Below, piece after piece: positions 5,514 through 13,886 of a stretch of 24,136 bases of DNA (position 1 is the first letter of the stretch; each line of letters starts with the position of its first letter). Origin of the DNA: a virus (taxonomy: Duplodnaviria; Caudoviricetes); IMG/VR virus record IMGVR_UViG_3300047284_000209, positions 1 to 24,136 of that record; one strand, given 5' to 3'. The notes below the pieces were generated by a model. It saw only the letters and a list, made by a program, of their open reading frames with translations. It was not told the DNA's origin and did no database searches. The position numbers and the translations under genes were made by a program.

Positions 5514-8500
5514 TTAACCTTCTTCTTCGGAAGCGGCGGCGGCAGCGGCTTTGGCGGCTCGGGTTTCTTCGTAAAACATGCGATTAAACTCGACTTGATA
5601 CTGTCTAATTTGCTCAGCAATTTCTTTACGCTGTTCATATTTCTCTTCTCTGGTTAAGGTTTCATCTTGCTGGATGTCTAGGTCTTGCGATCGCAAGTTA
5701 GATATCGCTCTCTTGTAGGCATCGGCTGAGCTGGTAAGCATTGCCAATCCCTCGATCGCCTGAGCATTCCTAAGCTCAGCCGGTTTCGGCTCATCCGTAG
5801 ACTCCATGACCTTGTCGTATCTTTGCTTGGCCTTCTCGGCTTCCTTGACGTTTTCGTAGAACGCACTGGAGTCGTAGCGGCCATCAGGCTGCCGGTGGAA
5901 CGCCTTCAACACAGGGATCAGGTTCTGCTCGGTAGCAGACGCAGTCCCAGTATTGGCCAGCGCATCAACAGTCTTGATGACATCCTTGATGAATGTTCCA
6001 GCGCCACCGGTAGCAAACGAAGTGATGTATTCGACAGACTCTGGCGATACGTCAATCATCGCGTCGCCAGTCTTGCCGCCGCTAACTTCATACAGCCAAG
6101 CAGTTGCTCTCTGAGTCAGCGTGTCTCTCGTGTTGTTCCAGTAGCGCTCGGCATCCGGTGTCACGCCAGTAAAGTCCTCTGGCATCAGAGGCTGGCCATT
6201 CTCCTTCTCCCCAGTTGCGATGACCAATGCAGGGTCAATCAACGTGGGCGATAGGAAGGTTGCCATGTTGTCCACGGAACCAAGGGGCGAGAAGTGGATG
6301 AATGCAGAATCTCGCATAAACGTAGCGACCTTCATCGGGTCTACGCCGCGATTCAAGTCATACATCGCATAGCCTAGGTTGACGAAGAAGCCAAGTCCGT
6401 AAGGCAGAGGCACGGAGTATGTCTCGCCATTCGGCCCGAAGAAGATCAGGTTCTTGAGCTTCTGCGGCTTCATCGACGGCTTATCCCAGTACGGCTCGTC
6501 ATCGTCGCCAACAGCCTGACTGGCCATTGCCGCAATGAACATACCAAGGGCGACCAAGCTTCCTGCTGCGGCAGCTCCTTTCTTGCTCAGCACAGCCTTG
6601 GCTGTTCTTGTCGCGCCCTGAATGGCGGGGTTGAAGAACAGGTACAGGCCGCTAAGCACCGGAGTCCACTTGCCGCGACGGTTGAAGTTGACCGTGATTT
6701 CCTTGGCGATGTTGGTTGCTTGGATGCGCGACTTGCCATTCTCAAGGGCTACCTTGTATGCGGCCAGTCGAGCGGCACCTTCGATAGCTCCGTTGATATC
6801 CATCATGAAGTCCTCGACTCCGCGCACGTACTTCATAGCAAGTGCGTCATAGGTGCGAGGGTTCTTGATGGAAGCCTGAGCTTGGCGATACGTAGCCATA
6901 AGATCGCTGTGCCGATCTTCGATGCTCTTGAGATCCATCGCGCCGGTCTTGCCGCCATCTTCGCGGTACATGTCGTAGTAACGCTTGAGGTCGCCAGTCC
7001 ACGAGTTGTTAGCCTCTGCTCGCCACACTGTGTAAGCAGCTTTAGGCAGCGAAGCGAACAGCTTGGCTGAACTCCAGAAGCCCTGCTCGACACCAGTGTT
7101 GATCAGCGATGTCTGCAGATCTCGGAAGCTGTTGACGAGGATGAACGGAGGGGACATAACAGTCCACAGTCGCGACAACACCCTGTTGAACGAGCCAAGT
7201 CCGCTTAGCATCGACTTGATCGTGTCTGGGAACTGCGACAGGACGCTCGTCATCTGCAGCTCTTCGAGTATCTCAGGGTCTTTGATTACCATGTGATACA
7301 CCTGACCGCCAACACGAACAGGCAGCGTCTCAGAATCCTTTTGAATAGTCAGCCGATAGCGGACTTCTTCGACAGGGTTCTTGTAGAACGCCTTCTGCAT
7401 AACAGGCTTGTTGACCTGCCACAGTGCGCTGTCCTTGTTGTCGAGGATGAACTTCAGCCAAGCCTTACGAACAGCATTGCGCTCAACAGCAACAACAGCA
7501 TCTTCGTAATCAGCGAGGATGTTCTCGACAATCGCACCGGCCTTTGTGCTGCGACCAGTACGGCGCTTAGCAAACGCCTGAGCAAGGTTGAATCTGCCAT
7601 TGCCGGTAGGTTTACCAAGCTCATCAGCTTGCTCGAACGTCTTCAGCGGAACGTAGTACTTGTACGTCGCATTCCAAGCGGCCACATCAGCAGGGCTGAC
7701 GATGTCTCCATCGACCAGAACACTTTGCGTTTGCTTTGTGATGCCCTGAAGCTGGTCGGCAATCTGCTTAATGCGCAGGAACTTCGGCATGTCCTGACGA
7801 AGGTCGTTCATGACCTGATCGGCCTCGGCATTGGTCATGCCTGAGCCGCCGTCGGGGTACTGCTTGTTGATCGACGCAACACGAGCGTTAGCTTCCTTGG
7901 CGTGAGACGCATACAAGTACAGCTCAACGTCAGCAAGGTCGACATTCAGCTCGGCTGCCTTGTCGAGGATCGGCTGGACAACATCCTTTCGGAAGCGATC
8001 GAGACGGTTTCCAGCCTTACCGTACATACGATGCATTGCCGACTCGATATCAGTCGAGTCAGTCAGTACACCGCCCTGCTCAGCAACAGCTCTTTGCACC
8101 TGAGCGGCGCGGCGAACTTCGTTCTGAATGCCGCGAATGATCTTGTTGACGCGACCGAATGCAGGGAGCCAGTACTTCCGGCCCTGACGGGCAACAGAGA
8201 ACTGGATCTCAGGACGGTTGGGGTCGAACGCACCAACATTGCCAACAGCGGACTTCAACTGTGTCGGCTCGTAAACAGCAAGGTTCTTAGCGCCCTGCTC
8301 AGCGACGTAGTAAGCATCGAACCCGGATGCCTTGATGGCATCTTGGATCTCGTTGCTCTCGATGACTCGCCAGTTACCGTTGACCATGCCATCGGTGATC
8401 TGCCGGTCTCTCGTCGAACCCGGAAGAGTCACGTTGTCCTTCCGCCACTGCTCGATAACCTGACTTACATTGTCAGCATTCTCGTAGTCGAACGGCTTCT

Positions 8501-11500
8501 CCGCTCGAACGTAGAGCGGGTAGATAGAACCGTTGACGCCAGCGTACGAAGCGGCAACATCCGGGTCAGCCGACACGAAGATCGCGCCGCCAGTGCCACG
8601 ACGGAAGACAGAGATGCCTTCTGCCAAGAACTCTTCGCGGCCAGCAACAGGCGGGATAGTCCCGTGGTACATGACCATCGGATCGCCGTTGTCGTCTACG
8701 ATCTGGCTGTCACCGAACCAGCTCTGGAACTCAGGCGTATCTACCTGCGGGTTTCTGACACGCGAGAACAACTGTGGCGCTGTTTCGATAGCGGCGTCCT
8801 GAGCGGCAACACCTTCTTCGTAGGCAGCGATCTGCTCGCCGCCAAGCTCAGAAGCATTGGCCGGGTCGTACACCATGAATACAACATCGGGTTCGCCATT
8901 GTTGAAGTTGGAGAACGCCGCCTTGTCCCAGCCTTCAGGGCTGTACTCGTCATTCCAGCCAACACGAGCAACGACCTTGAAGCCATTGTCTGCGTAGATT
9001 TCCGGAAGCACGGTGTCAAATGCATCAAGCTTACGACCGCCCTCGTCAACGGCGAGCTGCAGCATGGAGTTTGCCGCGCCCTTCAGACCGCTGAACACGG
9101 AGACGATGTCGTTGCCCTTCAGAGCAAAGCCAGACTTCCCGTCTTCGGAAATGAACAGGCGCATGTTGGCGTAGTCGGCCTCGTCATAGACGTAGACCGC
9201 AGCGCCAAACTTGCTTTTGTTCTTAGACGCCTGAATAGCCTGCCGGAACTCGGCTGGCGCATCGTCAAGCTCGTACATAACAGGGGCCGGTTTCCCGGCG
9301 GCCTGCATGGTGTTCTTAAATATGATGCTCGGCTTGTACTCCGCCTTGACCGGGGAGTTTAGAAACCGAATGCGTCGGCCACTTCCTGTGCTTTTTCCGG
9401 AGTAAGACCGGCGTGTCGTTTCACCGCTCTCTCGATAGCGCTTAACTGCTCGGGAGATGAGGACTCGGTCACGCTCTTTTGTGGTGAGCTGACGGGCTGC
9501 TTGGAGTCCATCAGGCTGTTCAGCTCCTTCGCGAGCAGCTTCAGCTTCTCGTCGGACAGCTTCATCAGCCAATCGTTGTGCGCGTCTTGATCCAGATTTT
9601 GCTGCTGCGCTGATTCGTCTTCCATCGTAACCTTCCTTTTTGAGAATTTTCTCAATGGCACCAGCATAGTCTTGGCTAGTGACACGAAGCTTTACACCAA
9701 ATGATTTATACAGCTCTTGCTCAGGATACCAGACAAGAGCCTGCATGGAAGCAGGCGGAACTCGTTCGCCAACAATTCCTTCAACAATACCAACAGTTGT
9801 TTTAACAATCTCACGTAGGTTGCGGCGCTCTGTTCCACTCGACGGAGCATCCTTTGGCTTGTCGAGAGACTTGACCATGTTGGTCGCGTTGTTGACGAGC
9901 GAACTCTTGACGCGATCCTTGCTGTCATAGGCCTTGCGATTGACCTTGAAGTCTTTCTCGTGAGCCTTGACCACAAGTCGAGCAAGCGAGATGGCTGCCT
10001 CTTCGTCATTGACAGCCTGTTCAACAAGCGCCTGATCGAACAGCCTGTTGCCGTCCTTGTCGCGAGAGTTGATGTAGATGCCATTGACTCCGCCAACAGC
10101 AAACGACGCACGGAACTTGCCAAGCTGTGACTTGAACAGCGCCTCGTCGAACGCACGAAGCTTGCCGGTCAGTCGGCCAATGGTTCGCATGAACCACATG
10201 TCGATCGTGACAGGCTCGAAGTTGCCGGACAGGTTCGAGTAGAAACCGAACCCGATCTTCGGGCCGAACACAGACGAGCCAAGGATCTTCTCGTCAGCAA
10301 GCTCGGAGATCTCGAAGCCCATCACGTTCATTTCAGACGTGGTGAACTCGGTCTCAAGGAAGCGGGAGAACTTGTCTACTCCCATCTCCTCGATCATTGC
10401 ATTGGCCAACTTGAAGTTGCTGACCATGGCTGGGCCGTTCTTACCCTGACCGCGCAACGGGAACGTCTTGTTGTCGCGATAGTCCTGATAAACGGACATG
10501 GCGAACTTGAGGTTGTCCTCGACGTTCAGGCCTTGCGATGTGATGGCCACAGAAAGGCGGAAGGCCATCTGCGCTTCTCGGTCTTCGGCCAGCTCTGGGA
10601 ACTTGAGAGAAGCCATCCCCATCGTCTTGGAGATCGTCTCGTTGTACCACTCCTGAGCAGCGCCGCCAGCGCGGATAGCAGCAACCACTTCGGCAGCGAG
10701 TAGCTTGGAAATGGTCTGACGGTCTTCTGCGTTATCGACATCGAGTCGACGCAAGCCAGCCTGACGGCGGATACGCTCGACCTCGAATACGGTTTCAGTC
10801 AGGCCGCCAACAGTGGCCGTGTTGAACTGGTCACCCTTGCTCTTGCCAGTCTGGAACTTGAGCGACGTAGCCTCGAACTCATCCGGAGTCAGGCCAACTT
10901 CGTCTGCAACAGACTGCGCAAACTCAGCGTTAGGAGTCGGGCGCTGCTTCGAGTACAAAGGCAGCTCTCGGACAACGCCATCCTCGTCGGTTACTTCTTG
11001 CGGCTCAACCCTGCCTTCTGCAGCGAGATCGCGACCGCCTGCTTCTGCGCCTTCTTCGCGCTCGACGGGCGGCTGCTCCCGATCTTGCCGGACTTCTGGT
11101 ACTTGTTCATCAGCTCGCTGACGTTCTGGCTGACGACGCTCTTCGACTTTCCTTTCTTCAGGGGCACGACGCTCTCCTATTCGTGTTGCAGTTGCTTCAT
11201 AGGTTCCATCCTCGGGCACAGCCTTAGCTCCGTCGACGACGGACTGGCGGTAATCGAGGGCGACCTTCCTCATGTCGGCTCTGCTCATGCCAGTGACGGC
11301 CATGAACCGAACCAATCTTGCCTCGGCTGCATCCCTGTCTGACTTGGTCGCGTTACGACCCATAGCCTTGTTCAGTTTTGCGCCAAGCTCAAACAAGTCC
11401 TTGTCTAGATCAGCAGCAAAGGTGACGAAGCGTCGGCCCTTGTTCCCAATGTTTACTTGGGCAGAGCGAGACGGCGGCACCTTGGGAGGCTGAGGGGCTG

Positions 11501-13883
11501 CAGGTTCAGCAACAGTCACAACAGGCTGTGCTGCGGCTGCTTGCTGTTGCGCAACAGCCTGAACTTGGGCTGCGGCCTGAGCCTGCTCCTGTGCCTGACG
11601 AGCTGCGGCCCACTGCTGGAACGCCTTCGTGGCTGCATCGCGGACGGCCATAGCATCCTTGCGCGACTTGACCACCATCGGCTGGTAACCCTGAAGAGAA
11701 TTCAGGATGCGGTCGATGATCTGGTTGATCGCGTTAAGGAACTGCTGTCCCAAGGTGGGATCATTGATCGCGCCGAACACATCCTCCCAGAACTTCGGCT
11801 GTCCGGCCTGCTCACCGATCATCTCGGCAACCAGCTCGGACTCGAACAGCTTGGTGTTCAGAGTGCCGTTGACCGTGGCTTCATTCCTGAGCGTGTTCTG
11901 GAACTGCTTAGAGACTTTCTGCTTGGCAAGGTCTACCAGTGTCCGATAGATAGCCGGGTACTGTGTCTCAAGAACATGGGTCAGCTCATGCCCAAGGGTG
12001 TTGAGCATGTTGAAGGTATTGGCGTCGATGACGATCGCGTCCCGCCCACCGATACGGAAGCCGTTAATACCGAACTTGATACGGCGACCCTTGTTGGTCT
12101 TGACCGCCCCACGGTCGAGGTTGGCCCATACCACGTCCACCCCGAAGGCCTGCTTGATGGTCTGAGCGATCTTGTCCCGAACCGGGTCGGCGGGAGCCTC
12201 CGGTATGACCATCGTCTCGCCTTCCGGTAGGGCGAATTGGGCGTTCAACTGCGTAATGGCAGTCTGCATCACCTCCCCTACGGGAACCGCTGTAATGCCA
12301 GCAGGCGCGGTAAATACGCCACTCTTGGTGGTAGCGGCCAAACCGTTCTTGACGGTCTGGTAGACCGCCCCGGCACGGGCATTCAGATCAGCGTCAGGAA
12401 TGCCTAGCTTTTCTGACAGGTTCTTTCGGAGATCATCGGCAAGCTGGACGTTCTCCTTGGTCTTGGGACGGGCGTTAAGCGCACCAAGGGAATACAGGGA
12501 CAGCTCGTCCTCGGTAGCGAATGAGGCATACCGGGTGTCGTCCGTGCCGAACTGGACGGGCACCGACAACTGCGGGTCTACCCCCTCTGGGAGGCTCTCA
12601 GGCTGGGCAATGGCTGCCTTGGCCTGCTCCACGACGGCGGCCCTATCGACCTCCGTAAGCTGTTCACGGAGCTGTTGCTCCATGTCCTGCAGCTCGGGAG
12701 CGGCAGTTGTTGCCGCTACAGGAGGAGGGGCGGCAATTCCTGCAGGCGCAGCAGCTTCGGCTGCTGGCTCAGCAGCAACAGTTGTGCTAGGCTGTTTAAC
12801 AGTAGGGATTTCGGCTGTGGCTGCGGGTTGACCAACAGGTGCCACTGGGGCCGGTTGCGCTTCAGCAACAGGCGGAGCCGGAGGGGGCGCTTCCGGGGGC
12901 TGTTCAAGGGCGGCTCTGTCGGCGGCTCGCTTTTCTAGCGCCTTAGCCGTGACCTCAACAGCCTTAGTCGTCCCAGCAAGAGATCCGGTCGTGAGCAGTG
13001 TCGAGATCAGGGTTACCGCCTGACGCTCGCCCTGAATCTTGGCCATCTCTAATGGCGTCTTAGCTGCAGAAAGCTCCTCATCAAGGCCATTCAGATAAGC
13101 ATTGGCAGACTGAGCTGCCGTAGCTACCTGCTCGCCGGGGACTTCGCCAGCAACGTATTTAACAAGGTTCTTGCGAAGGTCAGAGATGTTCTTAGAACCG
13201 AAGATATCGACAAGCTTGCCAACAGGCATAAGCTCAGTGCCGACTTCGATAGCAGCATCAACGGACGCATACTTAATTGCGTCATCGTGTGACTTACCTG
13301 CAGAGATAGCATTGCCGTAAGATTCCGTTCCGGTCTGTACGCCAGCCGCTGACAGGGCGATCGTAGGATTCTTTGTGAGAATAGATAGGGCAATGCCGGG
13401 AGCCATCTGTGCAGTACTAACAACTGCACCACGAACGCCTTTTTGAATGACGCCCATTTCTCCAGTAGGCTGAGCTTCCATCTCACGTTTTTGTGAGGCT
13501 TCAATCTCTTTACGCTGAGGCTCTGTGAGCTTGTCCATCAAGCTCTTCGGCATCGGAGGAAGCACTTGCTGCAACGTAGCTAACTGCAGCGTAGGAAGAA
13601 TGCGCTTAGCGCTTTCTACGATGCTTGTGCCTACGCCCTTAAAGTAGCCCTCTTCTTCAGGCTGGGCAGCAGGTGCGGCAGCGGGTTTAGCGGCTTCGGG
13701 CTTAGCTGGCTCCTCAAAGAGGAATGAAACATCATCGATCGCACGGGTGCGACGGCCAGTTTCAATCCCTTCAAGATCCTGAGCCACCTCCGTCTTGATG
13801 GCAGCAGCGCGTTCTTGTGTGCGCTGGACATCATTAGCCGGAGTGGCACCATTCTCAAAAAGGAATGAGATATCTCGTGCCAT
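5514..13883 (-). CDS. Giant polyvalent virion/ejection protein, 2789 aa
   Basis: HELTH metallopeptidase motif (11976-11990) with downstream ELVAE; WY...ITSQG..V..N...GPKIG..FY.NL...VTIDMW glycosylase-like block; GGRKLDAFD...Y...GF GNAT-like block; F-SWFGDS-IVD-NG-P-VMYHGT ART-like block; TVNFNRRG/LYLFFN--IQG/PLPYG LPD38-like C-terminus; last gene of the virion operon. Confidence 0.85.
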   Translation of the reverse strand: MARDISFLFENGATPANDVQRTQERAAAIKTEVAQDLEGIETGRRTRAIDDVSFLFEEPAKPEAAKPAAAPAAQPEEEGYFKGVGTSIVESAKRILPTLQLATLQQVLPPMPKSLMDKLTEPQRKEIEASQKREMEAQPTGEMGVIQKGVRGAVVSTAQMAPGIALSILTKNPTIALSAAGVQTGTESYGNAISAGKSHDDAIKYASVDAAIEVGTELMPVGKLVDIFGSKNISDLRKNLVKYVAGEVPGEQVATAAQSANAYLNGLDEELSAAKTPLEMAKIQGERQAVTLISTLLTTGSLAGTTKAVEVTAKALEKRAADRAALEQPPEAPPPAPPVAEAQPAPVAPVGQPAATAEIPTVKQPSTTVAAEPAAEAAAPAGIAAPPPVAATTAAPELQDMEQQLREQLTEVDRAAVVEQAKAAIAQPESLPEGVDPQLSVPVQFGTDDTRYASFATEDELSLYSLGALNARPKTKENVQLADDLRKNLSEKLGIPDADLNARAGAVYQTVKNGLAATTKSGVFTAPAGITAVPVGEVMQTAITQLNAQFALPEGETMVIPEAPADPVRDKIAQTIKQAFGVDVVWANLDRGAVKTNKGRRIKFGINGFRIGGRDAIVIDANTFNMLNTLGHELTHVLETQYPAIYRTLVDLAKQKVSKQFQNTLRNEATVNGTLNTKLFESELVAEMIGEQAGQPKFWEDVFGAINDPTLGQQFLNAINQIIDRILNSLQGYQPMVVKSRKDAMAVRDAATKAFQQWAAARQAQEQAQAAAQVQAVAQQQAAAAQPVVTVAEPAAPQPPKVPPSRSAQVNIGNKGRRFVTFAADLDKDLFELGAKLNKAMGRNATKSDRDAAEARLVRFMAVTGMSRADMRKVALDYRQSVVDGAKAVPEDGTYEATATRIGERRAPEERKVEERRQPERQRADEQVPEVRQDREQPPVEREEGAEAGGRDLAAEGRVEPQEVTDEDGVVRELPLYSKQRPTPNAEFAQSVADEVGLTPDEFEATSLKFQTGKSKGDQFNTATVGGLTETVFEVERIRRQAGLRRLDVDNAEDRQTISKLLAAEVVAAIRAGGAAQEWYNETISKTMGMASLKFPELAEDREAQMAFRLSVAITSQGLNVEDNLKFAMSVYQDYRDNKTFPLRGQGKNGPAMVSNFKLANAMIEEMGVDKFSRFLETEFTTSEMNVMGFEISELADEKILGSSVFGPKIGFGFYSNLSGNFEPVTIDMWFMRTIGRLTGKLRAFDEALFKSQLGKFRASFAVGGVNGIYINSRDKDGNRLFDQALVEQAVNDEEAAISLARLVVKAHEKDFKVNRKAYDSKDRVKSSLVNNATNMVKSLDKPKDAPSSGTERRNLREIVKTTVGIVEGIVGERVPPASMQALVWYPEQELYKSFGVKLRVTSQDYAGAIEKILKKEGYDGRRISAAAKSGSRRAQRLADEAVRREAEAAREGAEQPDGLQAARQLTTKERDRVLISRAVKRYRESGETTRRSYSGKSTGSGRRIRFLNSPVKAEYKPSIIFKNTMQAAGKPAPVMYELDDAPAEFRQAIQASKNKSKFGAAVYVYDEADYANMRLFISEDGKSGFALKGNDIVSVFSGLKGAANSMLQLAVDEGGRKLDAFDTVLPEIYADNGFKVVARVGWNDEYSPEGWDKAAFSNFNNGEPDVVFMVYDPANASELGGEQIAAYEEGVAAQDAAIETAPQLFSRVRNPQVDTPEFQSWFGDSQIVDDNGDPMVMYHGTIPPVAGREEFLAEGISVFRRGTGGAIFVSADPDVAASYAGVNGSIYPLYVRAEKPFDYENADNVSQVIEQWRKDNVTLPGSTRDRQITDGMVNGNWRVIESNEIQDAIKASGFDAYYVAEQGAKNLAVYEPTQLKSAVGNVGAFDPNRPEIQFSVARQGRKYWLPAFGRVNKIIRGIQNEVRRAAQVQRAVAEQGGVLTDSTDIESAMHRMYGKAGNRLDRFRKDVVQPILDKAAELNVDLADVELYLYASHAKEANARVASINKQYPDGGSGMTNAEADQVMNDLRQDMPKFLRIKQIADQLQGITKQTQSVLVDGDIVSPADVAAWNATYKYYVPLKTFEQADELGKPTGNGRFNLAQAFAKRRTGRSTKAGAIVENILADYEDAVVAVERNAVRKAWLKFILDNKDSALWQVNKPVMQKAFYKNPVEEVRYRLTIQKDSETLPVRVGGQVYHMVIKDPEILEELQMTSVLSQFPDTIKSMLSGLGSFNRVLSRLWTVMSPPFILVNSFRDLQTSLINTGVEQGFWSSAKLFASLPKAAYTVWRAEANNSWTGDLKRYYDMYREDGGKTGAMDLKSIEDRHSDLMATYRQAQASIKNPRTYDALAMKYVRGVEDFMMDINGAIEGAARLAAYKVALENGKSRIQATNIAKEITVNFNRRGKWTPVLSGLYLFFNPAIQGATRTAKAVLSKKGAAAAGSLVALGMFIAAMASQAVGDDDEPYWDKPSMKPQKLKNLIFFGPNGETYSVPLPYGLGFFVNLGYAMYDLNRGVDPMKVATFMRDSAFIHFSPLGSVDNMATFLSPTLIDPALVIATGEKENGQPLMPEDFTGVTPDAERYWNNTRDTLTQRATAWLYEVSGGKTGDAMIDVSPESVEYITSFATGGAGTFIKDVIKTVDALANTGTASATEQNLIPVLKAFHRQPDGRYDSSAFYENVKEAEKAKQRYDKVMESTDEPKPAELRNAQAIEGLAMLTSSADAYKRAISNLRSQDLDIQQDETLTREEKYEQRKEIAEQIRQYQVEFNRMFYEETRAAKAAAAAASEEEG
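9359..9625 (-). CDS. Nested +1-frame gene B inside the giant gene, 88 aa
   Basis: SD AAGGAAGG 5 nt before ATG 9625; MEDESAQQQNLDQDAHNDWLMKLSDEKLKLLAKELNSLM...AIERAVKRHAGLTPEKAQEVADAFGF reads like a helical protein; coincides with an R/A/G-rich linker in the main frame. Confidence 0.65.
   Translation of the reverse strand: MEDESAQQQNLDQDAHNDWLMKLSDEKLKLLAKELNSLMDSKQPVSSPQKSVTESSSPEQLSAIERAVKRHAGLTPEKAQEVADAFGF
10991..11167 (-). CDS. Nested +1-frame gene A inside the giant gene: small basic DUF6496-like protein, 58 aa (not in track)
   Basis: SD TAGGAG before GTG 11167; MPLKKGKSKSVVSQNVSELMNKYQKSGKIGSSRPSSAKKAQKQAVAISLQKAGLSRKK, stop TAA 10993-10991; MPLKKG-S...S-N--EL...KQAVAI is a recognisable family of stand-alone phage proteins. 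Confidence 0.8.
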   Translation of the reverse strand: MPLKKGKSKSVVSQNVSELMNKYQKSGKIGSSRPSSAKKAQKQAVAISLQKAGLSRKK

Positions 13884-13886
13884 TTA

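Noticed and set aside
7902-9362. 486-aa antisense ORF inside the giant gene
   Set aside because: Codon-aligned with the sense gene, no recognisable motifs and no clear SD; expected from biased codon usage.
9692-10156. Other same-strand alternative-frame ORFs in the giant gene (also 5678-5884, 8741-9049, 12716-12907, 13124-13504)
   Set aside because: S/R/T- or L-rich frame-shift composition, no convincing SD noticed, and most overlap conserved main-frame domains, unlike nested genes A and B.
11457-12230. 257-aa antisense ORF and similar plus-strand ORFs across 5823-23731
   Set aside because: Antisense shadows of strongly supported minus-strand genes, with typical L/V/D/H- or S/P/T-rich composition.
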